A stretch of DNA of 20,000 nt from the IMG/VR virus record IMGVR_UViG_3300010938_000027. The stretch is one strand, 5' to 3'. The stretch is from an uncultured virus (IMG/VR IMGVR_UViG_3300010938_000027) (Duplodnaviria > Heunggongvirae > Uroviricota > Caudoviricetes). The stretch's first letter is position 1. Each line of letters starts with the position of its first letter. Of this stretch, positions 8,196-16,067 are shown piece after piece. The translations under genes and the position numbers were made by a program. Under the pieces are notes generated by a model. The model had not been told where the DNA came from. It saw only the letters and a list, made by a program, of their open reading frames with translations, and ran no database searches.

Positions 8196-8681
8196 ATGAA
8201 ACTCAATGTCGGTTGTGGGCAGTATCCAATTCGTGAACCTGGGTGGATTAACCTTGACCGACTACCGTATGGTGATATTGTATGTAAAGTAGTGGACACA
8301 TTGCCATTCAAGTCAAATGTGTTTGACGAGATTTACGCAGGACATTTCATTGAACATCTATCAATTGATAACGCAATTAGTTTTCTGAAAGAGTGTCATC
8401 GGTGTTTGAAGTTGAACAGCAGGCTCGTTATAACAATTCCTGACTACATAAAGATTTTCCAGCAGTTTGACTTCATTGAGGCAAACAGGATGATAACGAG
8501 TTCATTTCCTAAACTCACTCCATTTGGCTTTGATAATGACCAGCACTGGTCAATCTGGGATGTATCAAACCTAATAAAAGTAATGAACAATACAGGGTTC
8601 AGGAATGTGAGGGAAATTCCTGACTACCCACACCTCGTCGCAAGGGTAGGCTGGCAATCAATTGTAGAAGGATATAAATGA
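8196..8681 (+). CDS. class I SAM-dependent methyltransferase (small Methyltransf_11-like)
   Basis: KLNVGCG, GWINLD, LPF....FDEIYA.HFIEHL, ECHRCLK...L.ITIPD. No DPPY/NPPY or PC DNA-MTase motif. Confidence 0.85.
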   Translation: MKLNVGCGQYPIREPGWINLDRLPYGDIVCKVVDTLPFKSNVFDEIYAGHFIEHLSIDNAISFLKECHRCLKLNSRLVITIPDYIKIFQQFDFIEANRMITSSFPKLTPFGFDNDQHWSIWDVSNLIKVMNNTGFRNVREIPDYPHLVARVGWQSIVEGYK

Positions 8682-8707
8682 ATAAGGGCAGGCTTTTGTG
8701 CCTGCCC
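8681..8707 (-). terminator. intrinsic terminator hairpin between the convergent arms
   Basis: GGGCAGGC (8686-8693) pairs with GCCTGCCC (8700-8707), 6-nt loop. The U-rich tail TTATT follows on the - strand. Confidence 0.7.
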
Positions 8708-8750
8708 AAAGACAGAAAGAGGGGAAAGGAATGTGGAAGAAAGAGTTAAT

Positions 8751-9983
8751 TTATGCCAGTCTTACCTTCTTCAGGAATGCCTTCGCATCATCAAACTTCT
8801 CAGTGGTGAAGTCTTCCTTTCTGCTGAAATCAACCTTCTCAAACTGCCTAACCATATCATCAAGGAGTTCGTCAACGGTATCACCCATACCAACCACTAC
8901 CCCTGCGATGTTGTCAGTTGGCACCAGATAGGGTGTATTATCAATTTTGATTGCACTACGCCACTTTATTCTTACACCCTTATCTTTGATTTCAACTGGA
9001 AACCACGCCTTATCTTCGGCACTTGCACATACTGCCACAATACCGACGAATGGGTGGTCAACCTCAACCTTCATATCGCCAAAGTCACCCTTACCGCAGG
9101 CATAGACGAGGTCAGTATAATTCTTTATCACTGCTGGGAAATGTAATGACAATGGGTATGGTGGTCGTATGTTCTGGTCAATCAAATACCCCTTACCTGT
9201 GTCAGGATTGTATAACAACTCGTTGGAATAGAATCCCCTGTATCCCAGGTCTGCAAGCATTCGTTCAGTCTTCACTTTTACTTCATCAAGAATCGGCACA
9301 CTCTCCTCAACCCACTTACCGATACAATGCGGTCTGACTTCAAGTGAGAAGTGATACGGGCTTGAGAACCGCTTACCATCAAATAACCAGTCCCCGCCTA
9401 TCAATACACTATCAGGGATAATTTCCTCTACAATGAACCTGACAACATTAACATACGGACCGAATGACTGGTATATGCTTGCAATGACCTGTTCTGCTTC
9501 TTCTGGTGAGTTGGCAAGCCTCGTTTCAAAATCACCCCTGAATGTATCAATCTTTATCACACCACTACCCAGTCTATTCATCAGTTCTTTCAGGTTGTTA
9601 ATACCCCTGACTGCGTAGGATTTTGGCACAGGTATGTCATATTTCTGTGCCATTCGTTTCGCCCACACCCTATCTACTTCTAACCTTTCCGCAATACCAC
9701 CGCCCGCACAGGGTATATTCAGTTCCTGCCTCAAGTAATCACCTAACCTGCCTGTTGGTAAGTCAAGTATCATCACCAAATCTACTCCGTCGGGGTTCAT
9801 TAACTCTGTCCACAAATCACCAATCCGTATTCCTTCAAACCCATACCCAGGTATCACATATTTCAGGATTGGAAAACTTGATGATATGGTTGGTCTATGT
9901 ATGACCACATCCCAGCCCTTCTCTGCAAATACCCTTGCGTGTTCCCAGCCTATACCTGTATCAATTGCTACTACTTTCGGCAT
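8751..9983 (-). CDS. ATP-grasp ligase, distantly PurD (GAR synthetase)-like
   Basis: AERLEVDRVWAKRMAQKYDIPVP resembles the PurD LE.SK.FAK....IPT segment; also VIKID, FIVEEII and GYRGFYSNE...YLIDQNIR (ATP-grasp E.N.R position). Confidence 0.7.
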   Translation of the reverse strand: MPKVVAIDTGIGWEHARVFAEKGWDVVIHRPTISSSFPILKYVIPGYGFEGIRIGDLWTELMNPDGVDLVMILDLPTGRLGDYLRQELNIPCAGGGIAERLEVDRVWAKRMAQKYDIPVPKSYAVRGINNLKELMNRLGSGVIKIDTFRGDFETRLANSPEEAEQVIASIYQSFGPYVNVVRFIVEEIIPDSVLIGGDWLFDGKRFSSPYHFSLEVRPHCIGKWVEESVPILDEVKVKTERMLADLGYRGFYSNELLYNPDTGKGYLIDQNIRPPYPLSLHFPAVIKNYTDLVYACGKGDFGDMKVEVDHPFVGIVAVCASAEDKAWFPVEIKDKGVRIKWRSAIKIDNTPYLVPTDNIAGVVVGMGDTVDELLDDMVRQFEKVDFSRKEDFTTEKFDDAKAFLKKVRLA

Positions 9984-9986
9984 TGC

Positions 9987-10871
9987 CTACACCTCAATTA
10001 AGTCCGTCAAATAAACACTATTCTTGTCGGTCGGTATAGTGATTTTGACACTTAACCCTGCCTTCGGTATTCTTACCAGCACATTACTACCTTTTGGTGC
10101 GTCAAAGTAAGTGTTGCCATCATTGTCTGTTTTGTATGTGAGCCATCTACTCACACCAACTGCGGTGCCGACTTCTTCTGGTGTCTCATAGTTAACCATA
10201 ACATCAATCCCTGACACACCGCTTACTCCTAAATCCACAGTCCTTACATACACCCTGCATAAGTCTGGTGTGGATGGTGCAGGTAGTGTCAACTCATCAC
10301 CCAGTGCAGTTATTCCTGTAGATGTAGATGCAGTTATTGTTGTGGTTATTGTTGTGAATACATAATTGGGTTTGTATGCACGAATGTCATAAGTCCCTTC
10401 AACCACATTCAAACTTCCTGCACCACTGCTGTCAGTAAGTAAATAGAATTGCGGTTTGTCCGACTGAATCAAATACACACTCACATTCGGTATTGGTGAG
10501 TTGTCTGCTCTTTTCAGGGTTCTAATGGTCAGGCTGTAAGGTGCACCTGACAAAACCTTATAAAGTCCTGCGGTTTCTGATACTTCATCCTCTTTGGCAA
10601 CAGGCACAAATAAGCCTGGCGTTGTCGGTGAAACAAATATGATGAATGAGCCCAGTGTATCAAGTTCCGTTCCAGTAAATTGCACTTCATATACACCATT
10701 GCCCAGTTCCCTGAAATTCGTTGTATCAAGCGTTTTGGTAGTGAATGATGTTTGACCATACTTGATGTATCTTACAGAAACATCTGAATAGGTTAATCCA
10801 GTTTTAGGATTACCCTCTGCGTCGGTTAAATAAATGCGTATCCATGCAGACTTTGAAACTTCATACTTCAT
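9987..10871 (-). CDS. probable virion structural protein with tandem beta-sandwich (carboxypeptidase-regulatory-like) domains
   Basis: PIPNVSVYL...TDSSG.G...VVEGTYDIRAYKPNY pattern, with a second similar unit (TDNDGNTYF). Thr-rich linker; coupled to the upstream gene. Confidence 0.6.
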   Translation of the reverse strand: MKYEVSKSAWIRIYLTDAEGNPKTGLTYSDVSVRYIKYGQTSFTTKTLDTTNFRELGNGVYEVQFTGTELDTLGSFIIFVSPTTPGLFVPVAKEDEVSETAGLYKVLSGAPYSLTIRTLKRADNSPIPNVSVYLIQSDKPQFYLLTDSSGAGSLNVVEGTYDIRAYKPNYVFTTITTTITASTSTGITALGDELTLPAPSTPDLCRVYVRTVDLGVSGVSGIDVMVNYETPEEVGTAVGVSRWLTYKTDNDGNTYFDAPKGSNVLVRIPKAGLSVKITIPTDKNSVYLTDLIEV

Positions 10872-12913
10872 CGCATCAAGCCTCCATCTATCCTTCTACT
10901 GATTGGTGGAAGGAGTGGTGGATAATCTGCTTCTATGCAACCCACATTACGTAAACCAATAGATTCGCGTCCATAAAGGTCTTTCAAGTCAGGTTGTCCT
11001 TCGGGATAGAATTCACCTGAAACTTCTGTTGGGCTTATGTCTATAGTAGGTGCAGTTGCAATGTATTTTCTAACAATAATCCAATCATAATACGCATATC
11101 GTCCAGAAGTTCCTCCCGCATAATGGTCAAAACCAATATAGTAGTTGTCATAATTGTTATAATGCACAACATCACCAAGACCATTTATGAGAGTTCTATT
11201 TTCAGTATACCACCTCGTTCCAACTGCATCAGTTCGTAGCACAATGGCATTGATGTATTTTGTATCCAGTGATAATGTTTGTGGGGCTGAAAATTGTGTC
11301 AATGAACCGTCTGGATTCTGTATCCATAAATATATGTTTGAACCATCAGTATGTGAACGATACGCATTATAATTTATATTCTTAACATCTGTTTTTTTGT
11401 AATAAAATAAACCAAGTGAATAATATTCCCAAGCAACAGTGTTTCTGCATTTTGCTTCAATTATTATGGGACGAGTAAAAGTTTGCCATCTTGAACAAAC
11501 TTGATGATAACCAACTGCATTGTGTCTCAATTCACCTGGCCAGGCAGGATATAAATCTTCATATCCTGAACCAAAAGTTTCTGAAAATGTATTGTCTGCA
11601 GTTTGAACGTGCCATTTGTTATAGTTATCCGTTCTATAAACAAAGTCATCAAAGAATTCAAAGGTATTGTATCCATCAGACCTTCTCGGCATATAGGAAT
11701 TTCCGTAATACATTCTTATTGTAGTTGAACCTGAAGCGAGTAATGAAGGAATTTTTACCCAGATAATTGTATTTGCAGTATTTTCGCCATACTCAATCCA
11801 GAATGGTAATAAATTTCCTTGCTCATCAGTAAACCTTATATCTTCGCAGAAACTCCTCAATTTTCCAGCAGAAACCAATGATGCAGTGTCAACAACAATT
11901 TTGACCTGAACATTTGAGTAATCCACATTGTCATTGTTTGTGATTGTTATAGGTTTGTAGTAGAGCCATTTGTAAAGTGAAGTGTCAATGTTTGGAATAG
12001 TTGCTTCCTTGTAAAGTGGTGTAATTGTTAAGGATTTATTTTTTAGTATGCTTTCTTCTTTCTTAACAATATCAAAAAAAGTTCTTTTATTAACGCAGTT
12101 GTAGAGAGTATAGTTTGAAGGAACACTACCGCCATACATACAATTTGCCATTATAACTTTTTCATTATAATCTGTTTGAGTATTTACAACAATTGAATTT
12201 AAGACTGAACAGGCAAGTTTAGTAGCGTCAACGGTTAATCCACCCCATACACCTCTTAAAACTACGGTGCTTAAATAACTTCTATCAAAGAGTAATGAAG
12301 CAGGATAACCTCCTTCTGTATTAGCAACATACCCGTATAGTAAGAAAAGATAACAATTTTTGAATTTACAATTCAAACTCCATCGCCAGCCACTAACCGC
12401 ATTCGGAATAATTATACAATTTTCATATTCTATGTTTTCACCATTGGCAGGTATCCACCACAATACACAATTTTTGAATTTCACATTATACATTGCCCCA
12501 TAATAAGCAAAACTGTAAGTAGGGACAAGCCAGCAATTCTCAAAGTATAAATTAGATAAATATCCCGCATTTTGGAAAATTCTCATATTTGAGACAAATC
12601 CAATTATCTCTAAATTTTTAAATGTTAAATCAGTTTTAGGTTCACTAAAATTGAATAAACACCAAACATTATAGTGTAAATACACCCTCCCTCTTATTCC
12701 CCATTTTTCTCCCAATACATCACCTATCCATTGAACATTTGAAGGTATATTTAACTGGTATCCGTGAATATCATAATAATAAGCCCCAGGCTTAATCCAC
12801 AAAATATCGCCTGATTGCATAACGGAACAGGCTTTGGTGAATGTTTTGAAAGCAGAGGTCGGTGAAGTGCCCGAATTGTTGTCATTGCCGTCAAATGCTA
12901 CGAACCACTCCAT
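10868..12913 (-). CDS. putative receptor-binding/depolymerase protein: N-terminal beta-helix + DUF2341 + C-terminal beta domain
   Basis: WFVAFDGNDNNSGTSPTSAFKT..KA....GD is a typical beta-helix cap, followed by F.NC repeats. W.YYKPITI...DIRFTD...LPFWIE...IWVKIP...IRMYYGN...FEFFDDF is DUF2341-like. Confidence 0.75.
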   Translation of the reverse strand: MEWFVAFDGNDNNSGTSPTSAFKTFTKACSVMQSGDILWIKPGAYYYDIHGYQLNIPSNVQWIGDVLGEKWGIRGRVYLHYNVWCLFNFSEPKTDLTFKNLEIIGFVSNMRIFQNAGYLSNLYFENCWLVPTYSFAYYGAMYNVKFKNCVLWWIPANGENIEYENCIIIPNAVSGWRWSLNCKFKNCYLFLLYGYVANTEGGYPASLLFDRSYLSTVVLRGVWGGLTVDATKLACSVLNSIVVNTQTDYNEKVIMANCMYGGSVPSNYTLYNCVNKRTFFDIVKKEESILKNKSLTITPLYKEATIPNIDTSLYKWLYYKPITITNNDNVDYSNVQVKIVVDTASLVSAGKLRSFCEDIRFTDEQGNLLPFWIEYGENTANTIIWVKIPSLLASGSTTIRMYYGNSYMPRRSDGYNTFEFFDDFVYRTDNYNKWHVQTADNTFSETFGSGYEDLYPAWPGELRHNAVGYHQVCSRWQTFTRPIIIEAKCRNTVAWEYYSLGLFYYKKTDVKNINYNAYRSHTDGSNIYLWIQNPDGSLTQFSAPQTLSLDTKYINAIVLRTDAVGTRWYTENRTLINGLGDVVHYNNYDNYYIGFDHYAGGTSGRYAYYDWIIVRKYIATAPTIDISPTEVSGEFYPEGQPDLKDLYGRESIGLRNVGCIEADYPPLLPPISRRIDGGLMR

Positions 12914-12915
12914 TC

Positions 12916-13098
12916 CTAAATCTCCTTTGATGGAATTTCAATCTTATAAACGATTTTCCAATCATATTTTAGAATAATCAAAAAACAAGTCGGATAAGGA
13001 TATGAAAGTTGAATAAATCTATAAGGAACTTCAATAGTGGCAGTATTATAGTTAATGAAGTCATCTGGATAAAATATAAGTTCCTTTGCATCTGTCAT
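12916..13098 (-). CDS. small hypothetical protein
   Basis: ATG 13098 with SD GAGGAG; fills the gap between neighbouring genes. Confidence 0.55.
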   Translation of the reverse strand: MTDAKELIFYPDDFINYNTATIEVPYRFIQLSYPYPTCFLIILKYDWKIVYKIEIPSKEI

Positions 13099-13099
13099 T

Positions 13100-13444
13100 T
13101 TAAATCTCCTCAATTTTCCATTCTATTTTAGAAAGAACGAGGCAAGGAATGTATGGAATTCCTGCGTTGTAGTCTTCAATGTAAGGCTCATACACATATT
13201 GCTTCCGAACCCTTACCTTTTTGGGCAATACTTCATCTGTTTCTATCTTATCCCCTGTGCCATACAAATCCACAAAAATCTTATTTCCTGTTTTAACACC
13301 TATTTCTCCCTCAACCCACTCACAGGAAATATACCCGCATTCATTCCTTTCAATTTGAACCGAATAACCTCTACCTATGAGGTCCCAAAAAATACTTTCC
13401 TCTGGTGGAATAGTTATTTCAGGTGTTTCAATTCCGTTGACCAT
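13100..13444 (-). CDS. hypothetical protein (114 aa, acidic)
   Basis: Co-oriented ORF directly below a putative promoter; no recognised motif. Confidence 0.65.
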   Translation of the reverse strand: MVNGIETPEITIPPEESIFWDLIGRGYSVQIERNECGYISCEWVEGEIGVKTGNKIFVDLYGTGDKIETDEVLPKKVRVRKQYVYEPYIEDYNAGIPYIPCLVLSKIEWKIEEI

Positions 13445-13454
13445 TCCGTTTATT

Positions 13455-13484
13455 ATTTTACATCAGGAATGGCTGGTTTGTCAA
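13455..13484 (-). promoter_or_regulatory. putative sigma70-type promoter for the AT-rich cassette
   Basis: Minus strand: TTGACA (13484-13479), 18-nt spacer, TAAAAT (13460-13455), in the short gap upstream of ATG 13444. Confidence 0.6.
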
Positions 13485-13765
13485 TTGTTATTGTTCAGGA
13501 ATGGCGACAATACACCCTTCTTTATAAGGCTGAATACCAGTTGACTGCCTGCAAGTGCCTCTAACCCTGCGAATGCGGAATGTCGGATGAACCCATACAC
13601 TACTGCAAGGATTACTGCAAGTCCAAATCCTATCAGGTCATACCACTTCTCAACGAATATGCGTTTGAGTGTCCTGAATACTGGTAGTATGATGAGTGCA
13701 ATCACTATACCACCGACCACGAGGTCAAACTCTTTTGACAGGATGTTTATTATTGTTTCGGTCAT
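13481..13765 (-). CDS. holin-like small membrane protein
   Basis: 94 aa with 2-3 hydrophobic helices separated by basic residues; strong SD AAAGGAGGTGA. Confidence 0.55.
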   Translation of the reverse strand: MTETIINILSKEFDLVVGGIVIALIILPVFRTLKRIFVEKWYDLIGFGLAVILAVVYGFIRHSAFAGLEALAGSQLVFSLIKKGVLSPFLNNNN

Positions 13766-13780
13766 TTTCTTTCACCTCCT

Positions 13781-14134
13781 TTATGGTTCAATCACAACCC
13801 TGTTTCCATCAGTTTCTTCAACTATTACTTGTTCTACCTTCCTGCCTTCTAATAGTATGGTTTCAATTCTTTTCCAGACATACAACCCGATGTTCTCGGC
13901 AGTAGGTTGTGGTATGAAGTCATTGAGTAGGTGGTGGTCAAGGTGTCTTATTGCCTCTTTGATTTTAGTAAAGTCAACCACCATCCCTGTTTCACCCAGT
14001 TGTGTGTCATCACAACTCACTACAGCGGTTATTTTCCAGTTATGTCCGTGCAGGTTCTTGCACTTACTTTCATAGGGTAGGTGTAGTCTGTGTCCACTTG
14101 AAATGGTTATTGTGGTTTCAACTTTCACCTTCAC
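13781..14134 (-). CDS. queD: 6-carboxy-5,6,7,8-tetrahydropterin synthase QueD
   Basis: SGHRL, CKNLHGHNW, GMVVDF, LDH..LND, PTAENI and VEET are the PTPS/QueD T-fold motifs. GTG start. Confidence 0.93.
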   Translation of the reverse strand: MKVKVETTITISSGHRLHLPYESKCKNLHGHNWKITAVVSCDDTQLGETGMVVDFTKIKEAIRHLDHHLLNDFIPQPTAENIGLYVWKRIETILLEGRKVEQVIVEETDGNRVVIEP

Positions 14135-14140
14135 ACTTTC

Positions 14141-14185
14141 ATTTTACCTTAACGGGTTGAAAAAATCAAACCCAGAGGTTAAAAT
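14141..14185. promoter_or_regulatory. overlapping divergent sigma70-type promoter pair
   Basis: Plus: TTGAAA (14157-14162)-N17-TAAAAT (14180-14185). Minus: TTGATT (14169-14164)-N17-TAAAAT (14146-14141). Confidence 0.65.
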
Positions 14186-14195
14186 GTTAACCAAC

Positions 14196-14984
14196 ATGGA
14201 TGAAATAGGGGCAAGCATTTTTCTGGTTACCTGGAACAGGGTAAGAATGTTGAAGGAAGGCATTTCGTCTATTATTGAAAATACCGACGATGTCAATTAC
14301 GAACTTATTGTGTGGGATAACAATTCCCAGGATGGCACATTTGAATACCTGGTGGGAGTTGCCAGAAAATACCCGCAGGTAAAGGTCATTCGCAGTCCAG
14401 TAAACATCTCGCTGAATGCGTGGGCAGAGATGCTGAAATTCGCCAGCGGTTTCTACATTATCACTATGGACGATGATGTCATACAGGTTCCAGAAGGCTG
14501 GTTGAAGAACATGATTGATGTTTTCAACAAGGTTCCAAATGCTGGATACCTGGCAACGAATGTTATTCAAAACACCTATACTGACGGTTTCAAACCACCA
14601 GATGACTGGTTCAAAGCAGTGAAATATGGGGATGAAGTCATAGAAGAAGGGTTTGCACCTGGGTGGTGTGCAATTACTACCAAAGAAGTGATTGAGAAGG
14701 TGGGCGGATTTCCTGTTAACCTCGACGAACTGTATACTCCTACTGATGGTCGGTTCAACGACCGCTGTAAGACACACGGTTACAGGGTTGGCATCATACA
14801 AAGGATATGTGTGTATCATGCAACTGGACCAATACTCAGTGCAAAATACGGATACCTGGAGCAGGACATCAAGAAATATGACAAGATGAGCAAAGGGCGG
14901 ATGCGTATACTCAGTGTGCGTGTTGCTAACAAATACAGGCGGTATTTAGAAAGGATAAAGAAAGGCGAACTACCGACCCTTTAA
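14196..14984 (+). CDS. family 2 (GT-A) glycosyltransferase
   Basis: IFLVTWNR, ELIVWDNNSQDGT, DXD motif ITMDDD, EVIEKVGGF and VYH. Start is ATG 14196 or 14184. Confidence 0.9.
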   Translation: MDEIGASIFLVTWNRVRMLKEGISSIIENTDDVNYELIVWDNNSQDGTFEYLVGVARKYPQVKVIRSPVNISLNAWAEMLKFASGFYIITMDDDVIQVPEGWLKNMIDVFNKVPNAGYLATNVIQNTYTDGFKPPDDWFKAVKYGDEVIEEGFAPGWCAITTKEVIEKVGGFPVNLDELYTPTDGRFNDRCKTHGYRVGIIQRICVYHATGPILSAKYGYLEQDIKKYDKMSKGRMRILSVRVANKYRRYLERIKKGELPTL

Positions 14985-16067
14985 CCACTGATAATAGGAA
15001 TTCAATAACTCCTCACCGAACCGCTTATACACAACCTGGCAGTCATACTCCTGTGCAAGTGATTGCTTCAATGTCTCGTGTATCTCTTTTCGCAACTGAT
15101 GGTTTAGGATAAGATTTGTCAGTTTCTTGACCCACTCATTGAACCTGTTTTTGCAATGTGTGTGTTGTTTATGAGCAGTGAATGTTTCTGAATATGGGTA
15201 AACATCAGACGCGAGGAATACCGCACCTGACAGGGTGTATTCCAGCAGTTTCAGGTTTGATTTACACCTGTTGAATGGTGTGTCTTCAAGCGGTGCAAGT
15301 CCAATGTGTATTCCGAGATTAACAATCCTGTTCAGGTAATCAATTGGTGACAACCAGTCTAAATGCACCCACCTGAATGGTGGATTATCAGTCCTCAACA
15401 AATGTTCCGCAATAAGTTGTTTTGCAGGTCCGAATGTGATGAGTTCAATACTTACTCTGTCTTTGACTGCCTTGAACACCTCTTCCAGCACACCCCTTAT
15501 CATTGCCAAATCATACTTGTGGGTGAATGACCCGAACCAACCAATCCGTATAATGTCTGTATCAGATGGATGGGGTTGTTGCATCCGTGTATCAACTGCG
15601 TTAGGCAATAGTATGTATGGTTTCCTTATTCCAGTAGTAGTTATCAATTGTCTGGCAAGGTTATCGTGCGTAAACACTAACAGGTCGGCAAGCCTCAACA
15701 TCCTGTGTAAATGTTCCTTGTGTTCAGAATAGTATTTGTATGCAGAGGGTATATGCGGTGGTATTGCATTCAGGTGGTCATCAAAGTCAACTACCACAAA
15801 CTTACTACCATTCGTCTCCTGTTTCATCTTCATAACAAAATCCACTACATCGGGTTTGACCTGTCTTGAAAAGAAAAATATGTCCCGCATTGGCACATCA
15901 AAGTCAAACAATGCATCAGTGAATATAACTGACATCCTGTCCCTGAATAATCTCGCCAGCCAGTATGAAGGCCACAGAACCCTATAAAACCCACACCCGA
16001 TCTTGTTGGGGTCATCAGAGGTGGCAAATAGAATGTTCACTCTGTTGTTATTGTTAGAGTCTACCAT
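14970..16067 (-). CDS. GT-B (GT4-like) glycosyltransferase
   Basis: GCGFYRV..P, VDFDD, LPNAVD, IGWFGS.TH..DL and IGLAPLEDTPFNRCKSNLKLLEY...ASDV.PY. Start placed at ATG 16067. Confidence 0.85.
   Translation of the reverse strand: MVDSNNNNRVNILFATSDDPNKIGCGFYRVLWPSYWLARLFRDRMSVIFTDALFDFDVPMRDIFFFSRQVKPDVVDFVMKMKQETNGSKFVVVDFDDHLNAIPPHIPSAYKYYSEHKEHLHRMLRLADLLVFTHDNLARQLITTTGIRKPYILLPNAVDTRMQQPHPSDTDIIRIGWFGSFTHKYDLAMIRGVLEEVFKAVKDRVSIELITFGPAKQLIAEHLLRTDNPPFRWVHLDWLSPIDYLNRIVNLGIHIGLAPLEDTPFNRCKSNLKLLEYTLSGAVFLASDVYPYSETFTAHKQHTHCKNRFNEWVKKLTNLILNHQLRKEIHETLKQSLAQEYDCQVVYKRFGEELLNSYYQWLKGR

Noticed and set aside
8196..8681. Methyltransferase as a DNA methylase explaining site avoidance
   Set aside because: No DPPY/NPPY or PC catalytic motif; size and motifs fit small-molecule or glycan methyltransferases.
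10868..12913. Asn/Tyr-rich fibre as a diversity-generating retroelement target
   Set aside because: No reverse transcriptase and no template/variable repeat pair seen in the window.
14131..14142. Mini-ORF ATG AAA GTG TGA overlapping the queD start, or a possible 2-nt frameshift
   Set aside because: The ATG is part of the TAAAAT -10 box, and queD has all catalytic motifs from GTG 14134, so neither a leader peptide nor a pseudogene is needed.
14187..14819. 210-aa antisense ORF and other opposite-strand ORFs in the track
   Set aside because: They shadow well-supported genes and have no motifs or RBS.
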